Below, in pieces: positions 39,497 through 50,026 of a stretch of DNA of 64,000 nucleotides (the stretch's first letter is position 1; the number at the start of each line of letters is the position of its first letter). The DNA is from Azolla caroliniana. Lineage: Eukaryota > Plantae > Polypodiophyta. The position numbers were made by a program, and so were the translations under genes. Under the pieces are notes generated by a model, which saw only the letters and a list, made by a program, of their open reading frames with translations, had not been told where the DNA came from and did not search any database. The stretch lies in the NCBI GenBank assembly GCA_043228905.1, contig JBHGNT010000016.1, positions 17,484,001 through 17,548,000 of the forward strand, in the 5' to 3' direction.

Positions 39497-42400
39497 TTAG
39501 TTGTCCGTTGGTCCTATCAGACCCTTACCGGCCTCATTACGGATTGTCGTCGCCTCATTCTCCCCTGTTACCGGCTTGCCGTCTCCTCCGTCTTGGTGGT
39601 TGCCATTCCCCTCACAGGTTGCCGTTTCCTCACCGGTGTCGGTCCTTTGCTCAAATGGGTTCTTGGGCATTGGTCCTCTATATGGCTTCAATCGGAATCC
39701 GTTGACCCATTTGCCTAGCACTTCGCCGGCAAGTGTCCCTAACTGGTAGGACCCATTATACTCACGTGTCAGCCAATATGGACCGGTCCATCTAAACCGT
39801 AGTTTACCCGGCATCTTGCCCATCCGGGTCTGAAATACTAACACCGGCTTGCCGATTGCGAACATTTTTTCATTTCCTTTCCTGTGCCGGTCGACAAATG
39901 CTTTCCGTCGCCGTTGTTCCAATTCTAAGTGCAGAAGGCTTGCCAGTCGTTGTTCCTCGAGTTCACACAGCGTTGTTAACCGTATTGCCTCCGACTCCTT
40001 CTCGTTCAGCCGTTCCCGTAGCTGGATCCGTAAGCTGGGAACTTGGAATTCCACTGGCATTACCGCCTCTAGTCCGAACGCTAACCGGAACGGTGTTGTT
40101 CGGATGCTCGTTTTATATCCCGTCCGGTATGCCCAAAGCGCGCTATGTAGCTTGGTATCGCAATCCGTTCGGTTTTCGTGGACGATCTTCCAGAGGATAT
40201 TCTGGAGCGTTTTGTTCGTCGATTCAGCTAACCCGTTTGCTTGCAGATAGTATGGTGTGCTCCGTTTATGGACAACGGCATAGAATGCCGTCAGGCTTTC
40301 AACTACTTGGCCGAGAAAGTGCCCCCCTTGGTCGCTTATTAATTCGATTGGGCATCCGTAACGGCACCAGATGTACTCGTATAGAAATTTTGCCGTTGAC
40401 GCAACAGTGTTGTCTCTTAAGGCTTTGGCCTCCAACCATTTCATGCAGTAATCCATCGCGACGATGACGTACCGATTACCTGTTCTCATTGCCGGTGGTT
40501 TGAACGGTCCAACAAAGTCCAGCCCCCACTTTTGGAATGTTTCGAGTGGTAGTACAGGCTGGTGTGGCATCCGAGCCTGCTCCGTTGGCTGGCCCATTCG
40601 CTGGCATAGGTCACATTCTTTTGCGTACCGTACAACATCTCTTAATGTAGTTGGCCACCATAGGCCACTTTGCCATATTTTCATGGCCGTCGCATCTATA
40701 GCATAGTGACCTCCGGCAACTCCGCAGTGGGCTTCCCTCAGTATGAGGTCCTTTTCATCGTTGCGCACAACCCATCTCTATATGTCGTCCGCACCCTTGT
40801 GGTAAAGTGTGTCTCGCAGTAAGCAAAAATGTCGGCTTTGCACTGCTAGGCGTTTCCTTTCGTCCTGGTTCATCTCTTCCGGAGGCAGTCCTATGCTCAG
40901 AAATTGGTGCATGTTTGTGAGCCACTTGTCTTCCTGTGCCACCGTCTCATCTACTGCCGTTTCCGTAGTGACTCGAAACAGCTCTGCATCCGGAAACTCG
41001 TCCGCTACTCCTTCGACCGTCTCTCCGGACTCTAATCGGCTTAAATAAACCGCCACGGCATGTTGTATACCTCGTCGGTGGAATATTTCGAACTCGAATT
41101 CTTGTAACAGTAAGGTCCACAGGGCCAACTTACCGGTGAGTGACGCCTTGGACACCAGGTAGAGGAGCACCGAATGATCTACATGGAAGGAAAACTTCCT
41201 TCCCAATAAATAATGCTGAAACTTTGTCACATTGTAGATCATCCCTAGAGCTTCCCGTTCCGTGGTAGAGTAGTTCCGTTCCGCTTGGGATAGCTTTCGA
41301 CTAGCATAGTACACTGGCCGGTACCACTTTGGCTCCGTAAGCTGCATCAATACGCTTCCGATTGCCATGTCGGAGGCGTCCACGAACACATGAAATTCTT
41401 TACTCCAATCCGGGGGCTGCACTACCGGTGCTTGCGACAATAGTACCTTGAGGGCCCTATACGCCCTATCCTTAGTGTCGGTCCACTGAAATGGTGTCCG
41501 ATGTACGGCGGCATGCAACGGTGTAGCCAGGTCGGCCAAGTATCGGAGCATCCGACTGTGCCACCGGATCTGTCCTAAGAACCGGCTCAATGCCTTTGCC
41601 GTTGCTGGTGCCGGTGCTTCTAATATGGCTTTCACTTTTTCCAGGTGGACTGCAATACCTTCCTGGCTCACAATATGTCCTAATAAGGTTCCACTGGACA
41701 CGCCAAATACACACTTTGCCGGATTCAAGCTTAGCCGGTATGCTCTACACTTTTCTAGACAAAGACGGAGGTGCTGAAAATGGTCCCCCTCCCGGCTATA
41801 GACGGCGAAATCGTCTAGGAAAACCTGCATAAAAGCCGAGATATATTCACCAAAGATTTCCAAGATGATTCGTTGAAATGTTTTCGGTGCCGTTTTGAGT
41901 CTGAACATCATCACCACGGCCATAAACACCCCCCATTCGGTGACGAAAGCCGTTTTCTCTTGGTCGTCGGGGTGCATCCGGATCTGATTATACCCGTTGA
42001 ATCCGTCCAGAAAGCTATAGACCTCATGGCCGGTGACGGCATCCAACACTCCATCTGTGAACGGAAATGGAAACGCATCCGTTACCGTAGCCGCATTGAG
42101 TTTCCGATAGTCCACACAAACTCGAATTTTTCTGTTCTTCTTCGGTACGACTACGATCGGGCTCAGCCATGTCGCTTTCTTTACCAGACGGATAAAGCCA
42201 ACTCTTAGCAATTTGTCGATTTCCTCCTTGACTTTGGCGGCATAATTGGGATTCATCCAGTACCATCTTTGTGCTACTGGTTTTGCGTCCTTGCTCAAGT
42301 GAATCTAATGTTGGTATAACTGAGGGTCGAGTCCTCGAATGTCTTCGTATGACCTGGCGAACACGTCGCGAAATTCCGTGAGAAGTGTGATCATCGCCGT

Positions 42401-42864
42401 TTGGTCTTCGGACTTCATCTCCTTGGCGATGTGCACCGGTTTTGCTTCGCCCGTGGTCCCTAGGTTCACCTCTTCAAGTTGCGACGCTTTTACACGCTGT
42501 GAAACGGCCATTTCCCGTTCCAATGCTTCCTGCGCTTGCCGTAACTCTCGGATTGCGTCTTTATCCGATTCTGCTTCAGTCTCTTCCGGCTGCGGTAAGT
42601 ATGGTGCTACTGCTTCGGCAACGTCAATTTTGAAGAGGGGTACGATCTTCGGGTTTTCCTGCAAGTACTAAGCTTCTTCTTCGTCAGCTAACCCTTCTAG
42701 CATGTTAACGCACTCTGCATACAACAATGTACATTCCTTGGTCGTGCTCGTCGTTGGTTGTGTTGGTACGCGTACCTTAGCTTTTCTCGCCGGAAGGTAA
42801 TTATATTTTTCCTCCAATTCCGTTTGATATGTGCCGTTTTCAACCACGGCCGCCCCAACAATAG
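39497..42864 (-). pseudogene. Host element pol (RT-RNase H-IN)
   Basis: FLDDFAV, DASDMAIG, H-H-C-C zinc finger, GLDFVGP, SDQGGHF; a few stops. Confidence 0.93.
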
Positions 42865-44284
42865 TGTTACCCGGACCCGGACAGTCAGTTTTACCGAACA
42901 GGTGGGAAAGCGTCGAAAAACAGAGTCGGTTCGGATCGACTGTTCGGATCAATGACTCAGCAGTAAAACGAAGAGAACTAAGTTAGTTAGATAATTTTGT
43001 AAATCTTGTTAGAGAGTAGGAATAGTTCTTGATGAGAAAAGACCTTCGGTATACCTATAAAAGGGAACCAAAGGCATTGTAAGAAAGGTCGTTTTATTTA
43101 GTAATATAAGTTTAAGTTAGGAATATCTTGTACGGATTCTGTGTTTCTCTGTTGTCTATGATCTTCAGTGCAAGCTTCTTAATTTATAGCTAAATAACGA
43201 TCACGATAATTACTGATTAATATAGCAATTCCGTTCGTAAAACACAATTCCTTGTTAGAACGTTGAGTAGCGACGTTCACTCTTCTGTATCGGTAGTAGT
43301 TAGTAATTAGCCGATTAACACAGAAGAATTTTGTCCCACCGGGCGTGCCAAGTGTTACCCGGACCCGGACAGTCAGTTTTACCGAACAGGTGGGAAAGCG
43401 TCGAAAAACAGAGTCGGTTCGGATCGACTGTTCGGATCAATGACTCAGCAGTAAAACGAAGAGAACTAAGTTAGTTAGATAATTTTGTAAATCTTGTTAG
43501 AGAGTAGGAATAGTTCTTGATGAGAAAAGACCTTCGGTATACCTATAAAAGGGAACCAAAGGCATTGTAAGAAAGGTCGTTTTATTTAGTAATATAAGTT
43601 TAAGTTAGGAATATCTTGTACGGATTCTGTGTTTCTCTGTTGTCTATGATCTTCAGTGCAAGCTTCTTAATTTATAGCTAAATAACGATCACGATAATTA
43701 CTGATTAATATAGCAATTCCGTTCGTAAAACACAATTCCTTGTTAGAACGTTGAGTAGCGACGTTCACTCTTCTGTATCGGTAGTAGTTAGTAATTAGCC
43801 GATTAACACAGAAGAATTTTGTCCCACCGGGCGTGCCAAGTGTTACCCGGACCCGGACAGTCAGTTTTACCGAACAGGTGGGAAAGCGTCGAAAAACAGA
43901 GTCGGTTCGGATCGACTGTTCGGATCAATGACTCAGCAGTAAAACGAAGAGAACTAAGTTAGTTAGATAATTTTGTAAATCTTGTTAGAGAGTAGGAATA
44001 GTTCTTGATGAGAAAAGACCTTCGGTATACCTATAAAAGGGAACCAAAGGCATTGTAAGAAAGGTCGTTTTATTTAGTAATATAAGTTTAAGTTAGGAAT
44101 ATCTTGTACGGATTCTGTGTTTCTCTGTTGTCTATGATCTTCCTAATTTATAGCTAAATAACGATCACGATAATTACTGATTAATATAGCAATTCCGTTC
44201 GTAAAACACAATTCCTTGTTAGAACGTTGAGTAGCGACGTTCACTCTTCTGTATCGGTAGTAGTTAGTAATTAGCCGATTAACA
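42865..44284 (+). repeat. Tandem LTR array: 42865-43320, 43353-43808, 43841-44284
   Basis: 456-bp TGTTAC...TTAACA units with a 488-bp period and identical 32-bp spacers; the third has a 12-bp deletion. Confidence 0.97.
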
Positions 44285-44295
44285 CAGAAGAATTT

Positions 44296-44308
44296 TGGCA
44301 CGCCCGGT
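44296..44308 (+). promoter_or_regulatory. Primer-binding site, probably tRNA-Arg(UCU)
   Basis: TGGCACGCCCGGT, 11 nt after the LTR; complementary to the junction 18-mer. Confidence 0.85.
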
Positions 44309-44343
44309 TACATCTGCAATTAAGCAGAGAACAATTCGAATGG

Positions 44344-47300
44344 ATGTCGTATGAAGAAGAGGCACCGGTCAGTTGTAAGCGCCCTCGTACAAGGTCAGTT
44401 ACGAAGGTAGTGCAGCAAGCGTTCATTACGAAAGAACAGCCGGAATCAAGCACAAAGTGGTCGAAACTCCCTGACTTATCCGATCAATTACCTTCAGACG
44501 AAAAACAGACGGAAGAGGTATCGTTTTACGACATTTGGGACGATATGCCTTATACTTATTCTAAGTTCCGGGAAGGAACAGATGCAGAAGCACATGTTAG
44601 GGATTTCTTAACGACATGGGAGATTAACCATGGAGCTCAGCGATTGTCGGCAGATGCCGAAGATAAGTCAAAAATCGCTGAGCTTGTCTTATCATTAGAC
44701 GGATATTCCGCTAATTGGTTTGCGCAGAACGGTCTTCAAGGATTTCCATCCTTCGAAGTATTAACTAGTAAATTTTTACAATTATTTCATCAACAAATTC
44801 CGCAGAAGGATTTGATTGCGCAATTTTATGCGTTATATCAAGAAAAAAATGAAACAGTATCTCAGTTTGTGATACGATTTCAGAACTTACAGCTTCAGAT
44901 TTCAAGACCGATTCCGGATAAAGAATTAAAAGAAGTCTTTCTAGAAGCTGTAAAAGAACCATTAAGGACGACATTGAAAGTGTTCGATTTTCGAAATCAG
45001 ACTATCGAACAAGTCATTGATAAAGCAATAGAAATGGGTCGACCACCGGTCAATGTTCAGAGTATGGACATGTCGGCATTACACCGAACATTACCAACAA
45101 TGGAGGAGTTACAATTTCGACAAGCAGTGCAATGCACCACTTGTTTAAATACGGGGCATTCGGCAATTGACTGTACGTTAAGAACACATTGTACAATATG
45201 TCATTCAAAATTACATTCCGTAGAACAATGTGAATATAATCTGCTTAATAAGACTACAGCGTCAGTACGACAAATTTTTGCTGACAATGGTTACCAAAAT
45301 AACACTAATCTGTTCAATGGTTATCAAAATAATAATTTTTCACAAAATCAGCAAAATGTACAACAGAACCCGGTTCTGCAGCCAAATCAGATCTTTTCAC
45401 AACAAAATTTGCAACCCACTCAAGTGACTCAAGCATTTCAACCAGGTTTTGCTCAATCCAACCCACCATTCGTACAGAATCCGAATCAATATTTTCAACA
45501 AAATAATCAAAGTTTCCAACAAGGTAATCCACCATTTCAAGGGTTTCAACAGAACTGTCCGAATGTGCAACCGAATTCTACATTTCAACCAAATCCGGCA
45601 TTTCAACCGGGTAATATGACTTTTCAACATAATACTCAAACTGTTCCACAAAATAATCAAATGTTTCAACAGAGTAATTTTTCGCCAAATCAGGAGTTCG
45701 AGATACCACATAATATAGCACAACCAAATGATAATACTGAACAATTTAGGCCGAATAGGTATAAAAACAAGAGATTTTACAAACCAAAAGCTACACGTCA
45801 ATACCAACAAAACTCGAATGGTAATGAAGAGCAGCAATTTAATAACGGGCAATTTGCACATGGAGAGACCAGTGCAACATTTGTGCCCACTTGTTACATT
45901 TGTCGACAACTAGGCCATTATGCTAATCAATGTCCGGTTAAAGGAAAGGGTCCAGCAGTTAATATGGTAATACCGGAAGTTCAGCAAGTAACGACACGCA
46001 GCAAAAGCAAACAATCGGAGTGGGAAATTCAGGAAGAAGTTCGGAAGGCCGCAAAGGAATGGGTGGATGAAGCAAATCAAAGTAATGTGAATCGAATGTT
46101 ACAAGATAATAACATCAACCAGGACATCGCTGTACAACAGTCATTGGAGAATAAGGAACAGGAAGAAACTTGGAAACTGTTGGCTGATTGTCAAGTGTCA
46201 TTACCACTTAAGGGCTTACTTAAGTTAGTACCAAGGTTTACCGAAAAAGTGGCAGCATTAATTACATATAAAGGTTCCGAACAAATAGCAGTACACTACA
46301 ATCAGCCAAGTAATAACCCTTCGATCATGGATGAACAGAATCCGTCTATTAAGGTAATACTTTACGGGCAAGAAATCGGAAATGTGATTATAGATGGAGG
46401 CTCGGGTGTTAATGTGATTAACAAAACTACATGTGAAAAACTGGGAATCACGGAATGGGAAGCATGTCCGTTTTGGTTACGAATGGCAGATACAAGTACA
46501 GTACGACCGATTGGTTTGCTTCGACAACTGGATGTAATAATCGGGGGACACAGTTTTCAGATTTCGGCAGTAATTTTGCAGTTAGAAACACAGGGAGCAT
46601 ACCCCTTGTTATTGGGGAGACCATGGTTAAAGACAGCTAATATTAAACAAAATTGGAAACAAAATGTGCTAACATTTAGAAAAGGAAAAAACAAGGTCAG
46701 GATTCCGACGCACAACAAAGTGACAACAAGCAAACAGAGTTTACCTGTATATGCAGAAGCAGTTAATATGATGGAAGGATTGGACGAGGAAGAAGAAAGT
46801 CAGTATTTTGATGATAATCAAAAAATCATCCCTCTATTTGAGGTAGATATTTTGCAAGCATTAACACCATATGTAGACTCACACGAAGAAGTGCCAATCG
46901 ATGAGCAAACAATAAAAGAAATAAGGATGCAACAAGAAGCTACAGATAAGGAATTGCAGGTATCTCAGAGAGTGCAAGCCTCAGCATTGGAGGAAATTGA
47001 TTTGGCAGGAGTAGAGGATGCTGAAAGAAAAACAATCTTGATTGCTAGAGATTTGATGGAAAATGACAAACGGACATTAACAACATTACTATTACAATAT
47101 AAAGATGTTTTTGCATGGTCCTTTGACGATATGAAAGGTCTGGATCCCGCTTTTTGTCAACATCAAATCAATTTGCATAAAGATGCAAAGCCAGTACAAC
47201 AACGCAGGTACAGGTTGAATCCGAATTATGCTATCAAAGTAAAAGAAGAAATCGATAAACTCTTAAAAGTAGGATTTATTCGACCCGTCAAAAAATCAAC

Positions 47301-49860
47301 ATGGCTGAGTCCGATAGTAGTCGTCCCGAAAAAGAATGGGAAAATTCGTGTATGTGTGGATTACAGAAAATTGAATGCAGCGACAATTACGGATGCGTTT
47401 CCATTGCCATTCACAGATGGGATATTAGATGCAGTAGCGGGACATGAAATTTATAGTTTCTTGGATGGGTTCAGTGGGTACAACCAGGTACGGATGAATC
47501 CGGAAGATCAGGAAAAGACAGCTTTCGTCACAGAATGGGGTGTCTTTGTGGCAGTAGTCATGATGTTCGGTTTAAAAACAGCTCCAGCTACATTTCAGCG
47601 GGTAATACAGGAAATATTCGGGGAATATATTCCAGCTTTCATGCAGGTGTTTTTAGATGATTTTGCAGTTTATAGTCGGAAAGCGGATCATTTTGAGCAT
47701 TTACGGCTATGTTTAGAAAAATGTCGAAAAGGGCGTCTTAGTTTAAATCCAGCCAAATGCGCATTCGGGGTAATGAGTGGTACATTACTTGGGCATATTG
47801 TCAGTCAAGAAGGGATTGCAGTGGACCCAGATAAAGTTAAAGCAATTATTGAGGCAACACCACCAACAAATGCTAAAGCTCTAAGTAGATTTTTGGGTCA
47901 AATTCGGTGGCACAGTAGAATGATGAGATATCTAGCAGACATTGCTATTCCGTTACACACAGCAGTACACAAAGTTCCTTTTATATGGACAAGTATAGAA
48001 CAAGATGCGTACGAATGTCTCAAGAAGATGCTGACGAACGTACCGGTAGTTCAACCACCGGACTGGAACAAACCATTTCATGTTTTCGTCGATGCGTCGG
48101 ACATTGCCATAGGCAGTGCTTTAATGCAATTATCCGAACCAAACTGGTATAGGCCGGTATACTATGCCAGTAGGAAACTTTCGTCGGCCGAAAGAAACTA
48201 TTCAACAACCGAAAGAGAAGCTTTGGGAATGATATATAGTGTAAACAAATTTCGACATTACCTTTTGGGTAAGAAATTTACATTTCATGTGGATCATTCG
48301 GCTTTACTGTATCTAGTTTCCAAACAAGAATTGACAGGCAAGTTGGCCCGATGGACATTATTGCTTCAAGAGTTTGAGTTTGACATTATACATCGACCAG
48401 GAGCACAACACGCGATTGCTGACTATCTCAGTCGGCTTGAGTCTGGAGAAGAAGCGGTTGGGGTTAAAGATGATTTTCCAGATACTCAATTATTTCGGGT
48501 GGAGGCCGTAAAAGCACATGAAGTGAATGAGGAAAAAGAGGATGAATGGATTTCCGAAATGACGATATTTCTATCAACAGGAATTCCGGCCGAACACATG
48601 TCGACAGATGAAAGAAAAAGAATTGCAGTACGAAGTCGGAATTTTTGTTTATTTAATGACATGTTGTATCATAAAGGAGCGGATGGAATATGGCGAAGGG
48701 CAGTACGAAAATTTGAAAAATCAGCTATATTAACAGAGTCACATTGTGGAATTGCTGGCGGTCATTACGCAGGAGAAGCAACAGCCAGAAAAATATGGAA
48801 TAGCGGGTTATGGTGGCCAACGGTGATGAAAGATGCTAACGAATACTGTAAGAAATGCGATTTGTGTCAAAGAATGGGACAACCAACCGAAAAGGATCGG
48901 ATGCCTTTTCAACCGGTTTTACCTCTTGAGCCATTTCAGAAATGGGGCTTAGATTTTGTTGGCCCATTCAAACCAGCAGCTGCAAGAACCGGTAATCGAT
49001 ATATCATAATTGCGACTGACTATTGCACAAAATGGGTTGAAGCAAAAGCTCTCAGGGACAATACGGCAGCATCCACAGCAAAATTCCTGTATGAGTATAT
49101 ATGGTGTCGATTCGGTTGCCCAATAGAATTGGTAAGCGATCAAGGCACTCATTTTATTAACAAGTTAATTAACGAATTAACCAATTACTATGTCGTAGTT
49201 CATAAGAAAAGTACGCATTACTATCCCCAAGCTAATGGATTGGCAGAATCGACAAATAAAACAATTCAAACAATTTTAAAGAAGATAGTGAATGAAAATC
49301 GTACTGATTGGGATCAAAAGTTAAATAGTGCATTATGGGCATATCGTACTTCGTACAAAACATCCATTAAATCAACACCTTTCCGAATGGCATTCGGACT
49401 CGAAGCCGTTATGCCAATCGAATTTCAAATTCCGACACTTCGTATCCAAGCAACGAATAAGTTAAATGAAAAAGAATCGGAGCAGATACGCAAAGAGGCT
49501 TTATTAGTATTAGAAGAAGAACGGATTCAATCAATGTCAGCACTAGAACACAAGCAGAGACAAATCAAGGCATTCGTAAACCGACATCGAAGGAAATCGG
49601 AAGTGCAATTCGAAATTGGGAAACCGGTATTGGTATTCCAGACGAGAATGGGACTTATGCCTGGGAAACTCCGGTATAGATGGACAGGTCCAGTATGGAT
49701 AATTAATAGTAAAAATGGTACGTACCAACTGGGATCATTAACCGGAGAGGTTTTACCGAAATGGGTAAATGGATTTCGGCTTAAACTGTATTTGGGAGAT
49801 ATGCCGGTAAATCCGTTTATGCAAACGGAAGAGGAAAAAAAAAAAAAACTAACTAACTAA
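44344..49860 (+). CDS. Gag-Pol polyprotein, 1838 aa (Gag, Zn knuckles, Q/N-rich linker, PR, RT, RNase H, IN)
   Basis: IIDGGSG, LLGRPW, FLDDFAV, DASDIAIG, GLDFVGP, SDQGTHF, YYPQANG, WTGP; no chromodomain and no extra RNase H seen. Confidence 0.96.
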   Translation: MSYEEEAPVSCKRPRTRSVTKVVQQAFITKEQPESSTKWSKLPDLSDQLPSDEKQTEEVSFYDIWDDMPYTYSKFREGTDAEAHVRDFLTTWEINHGAQRLSADAEDKSKIAELVLSLDGYSANWFAQNGLQGFPSFEVLTSKFLQLFHQQIPQKDLIAQFYALYQEKNETVSQFVIRFQNLQLQISRPIPDKELKEVFLEAVKEPLRTTLKVFDFRNQTIEQVIDKAIEMGRPPVNVQSMDMSALHRTLPTMEELQFRQAVQCTTCLNTGHSAIDCTLRTHCTICHSKLHSVEQCEYNLLNKTTASVRQIFADNGYQNNTNLFNGYQNNNFSQNQQNVQQNPVLQPNQIFSQQNLQPTQVTQAFQPGFAQSNPPFVQNPNQYFQQNNQSFQQGNPPFQGFQQNCPNVQPNSTFQPNPAFQPGNMTFQHNTQTVPQNNQMFQQSNFSPNQEFEIPHNIAQPNDNTEQFRPNRYKNKRFYKPKATRQYQQNSNGNEEQQFNNGQFAHGETSATFVPTCYICRQLGHYANQCPVKGKGPAVNMVIPEVQQVTTRSKSKQSEWEIQEEVRKAAKEWVDEANQSNVNRMLQDNNINQDIAVQQSLENKEQEETWKLLADCQVSLPLKGLLKLVPRFTEKVAALITYKGSEQIAVHYNQPSNNPSIMDEQNPSIKVILYGQEIGNVIIDGGSGVNVINKTTCEKLGITEWEACPFWLRMADTSTVRPIGLLRQLDVIIGGHSFQISAVILQLETQGAYPLLLGRPWLKTANIKQNWKQNVLTFRKGKNKVRIPTHNKVTTSKQSLPVYAEAVNMMEGLDEEEESQYFDDNQKIIPLFEVDILQALTPYVDSHEEVPIDEQTIKEIRMQQEATDKELQVSQRVQASALEEIDLAGVEDAERKTILIARDLMENDKRTLTTLLLQYKDVFAWSFDDMKGLDPAFCQHQINLHKDAKPVQQRRYRLNPNYAIKVKEEIDKLLKVGFIRPVKKSTWLSPIVVVPKKNGKIRVCVDYRKLNAATITDAFPLPFTDGILDAVAGHEIYSFLDGFSGYNQVRMNPEDQEKTAFVTEWGVFVAVVMMFGLKTAPATFQRVIQEIFGEYIPAFMQVFLDDFAVYSRKADHFEHLRLCLEKCRKGRLSLNPAKCAFGVMSGTLLGHIVSQEGIAVDPDKVKAIIEATPPTNAKALSRFLGQIRWHSRMMRYLADIAIPLHTAVHKVPFIWTSIEQDAYECLKKMLTNVPVVQPPDWNKPFHVFVDASDIAIGSALMQLSEPNWYRPVYYASRKLSSAERNYSTTEREALGMIYSVNKFRHYLLGKKFTFHVDHSALLYLVSKQELTGKLARWTLLLQEFEFDIIHRPGAQHAIADYLSRLESGEEAVGVKDDFPDTQLFRVEAVKAHEVNEEKEDEWISEMTIFLSTGIPAEHMSTDERKRIAVRSRNFCLFNDMLYHKGADGIWRRAVRKFEKSAILTESHCGIAGGHYAGEATARKIWNSGLWWPTVMKDANEYCKKCDLCQRMGQPTEKDRMPFQPVLPLEPFQKWGLDFVGPFKPAAARTGNRYIIIATDYCTKWVEAKALRDNTAASTAKFLYEYIWCRFGCPIELVSDQGTHFINKLINELTNYYVVVHKKSTHYYPQANGLAESTNKTIQTILKKIVNENRTDWDQKLNSALWAYRTSYKTSIKSTPFRMAFGLEAVMPIEFQIPTLRIQATNKLNEKESEQIRKEALLVLEEERIQSMSALEHKQRQIKAFVNRHRRKSEVQFEIGKPVLVFQTRMGLMPGKLRYRWTGPVWIINSKNGTYQLGSLTGEVLPKWVNGFRLKLYLGDMPVNPFMQTEEEKKKKLTN

Positions 49861-50026
49861 CTCACTCAATAGTTCTTGTCAAATGTGAAATACAATCTTG
49901 CCATAAACAGTATGAATCGACTATAAATAGAAAGAGGAATTGCATGATTATTAGTACAACCACTACACGTAGAGTGAATACTAATTAATTTCTACATTAA
50001 TAGTAATTACTATTCTTTAAGTCATC

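Noticed and set aside
43333-43350. tRNA gene
   Set aside because: Only the 3' 18 nt with encoded CCA; no D or anticodon arm, so it is a primer footprint.
42865-44284. CRISPR-like repeat/spacer array
   Set aside because: Units are 456-bp LTRs with identical spacers, there are no cas genes, and the context is eukaryotic.
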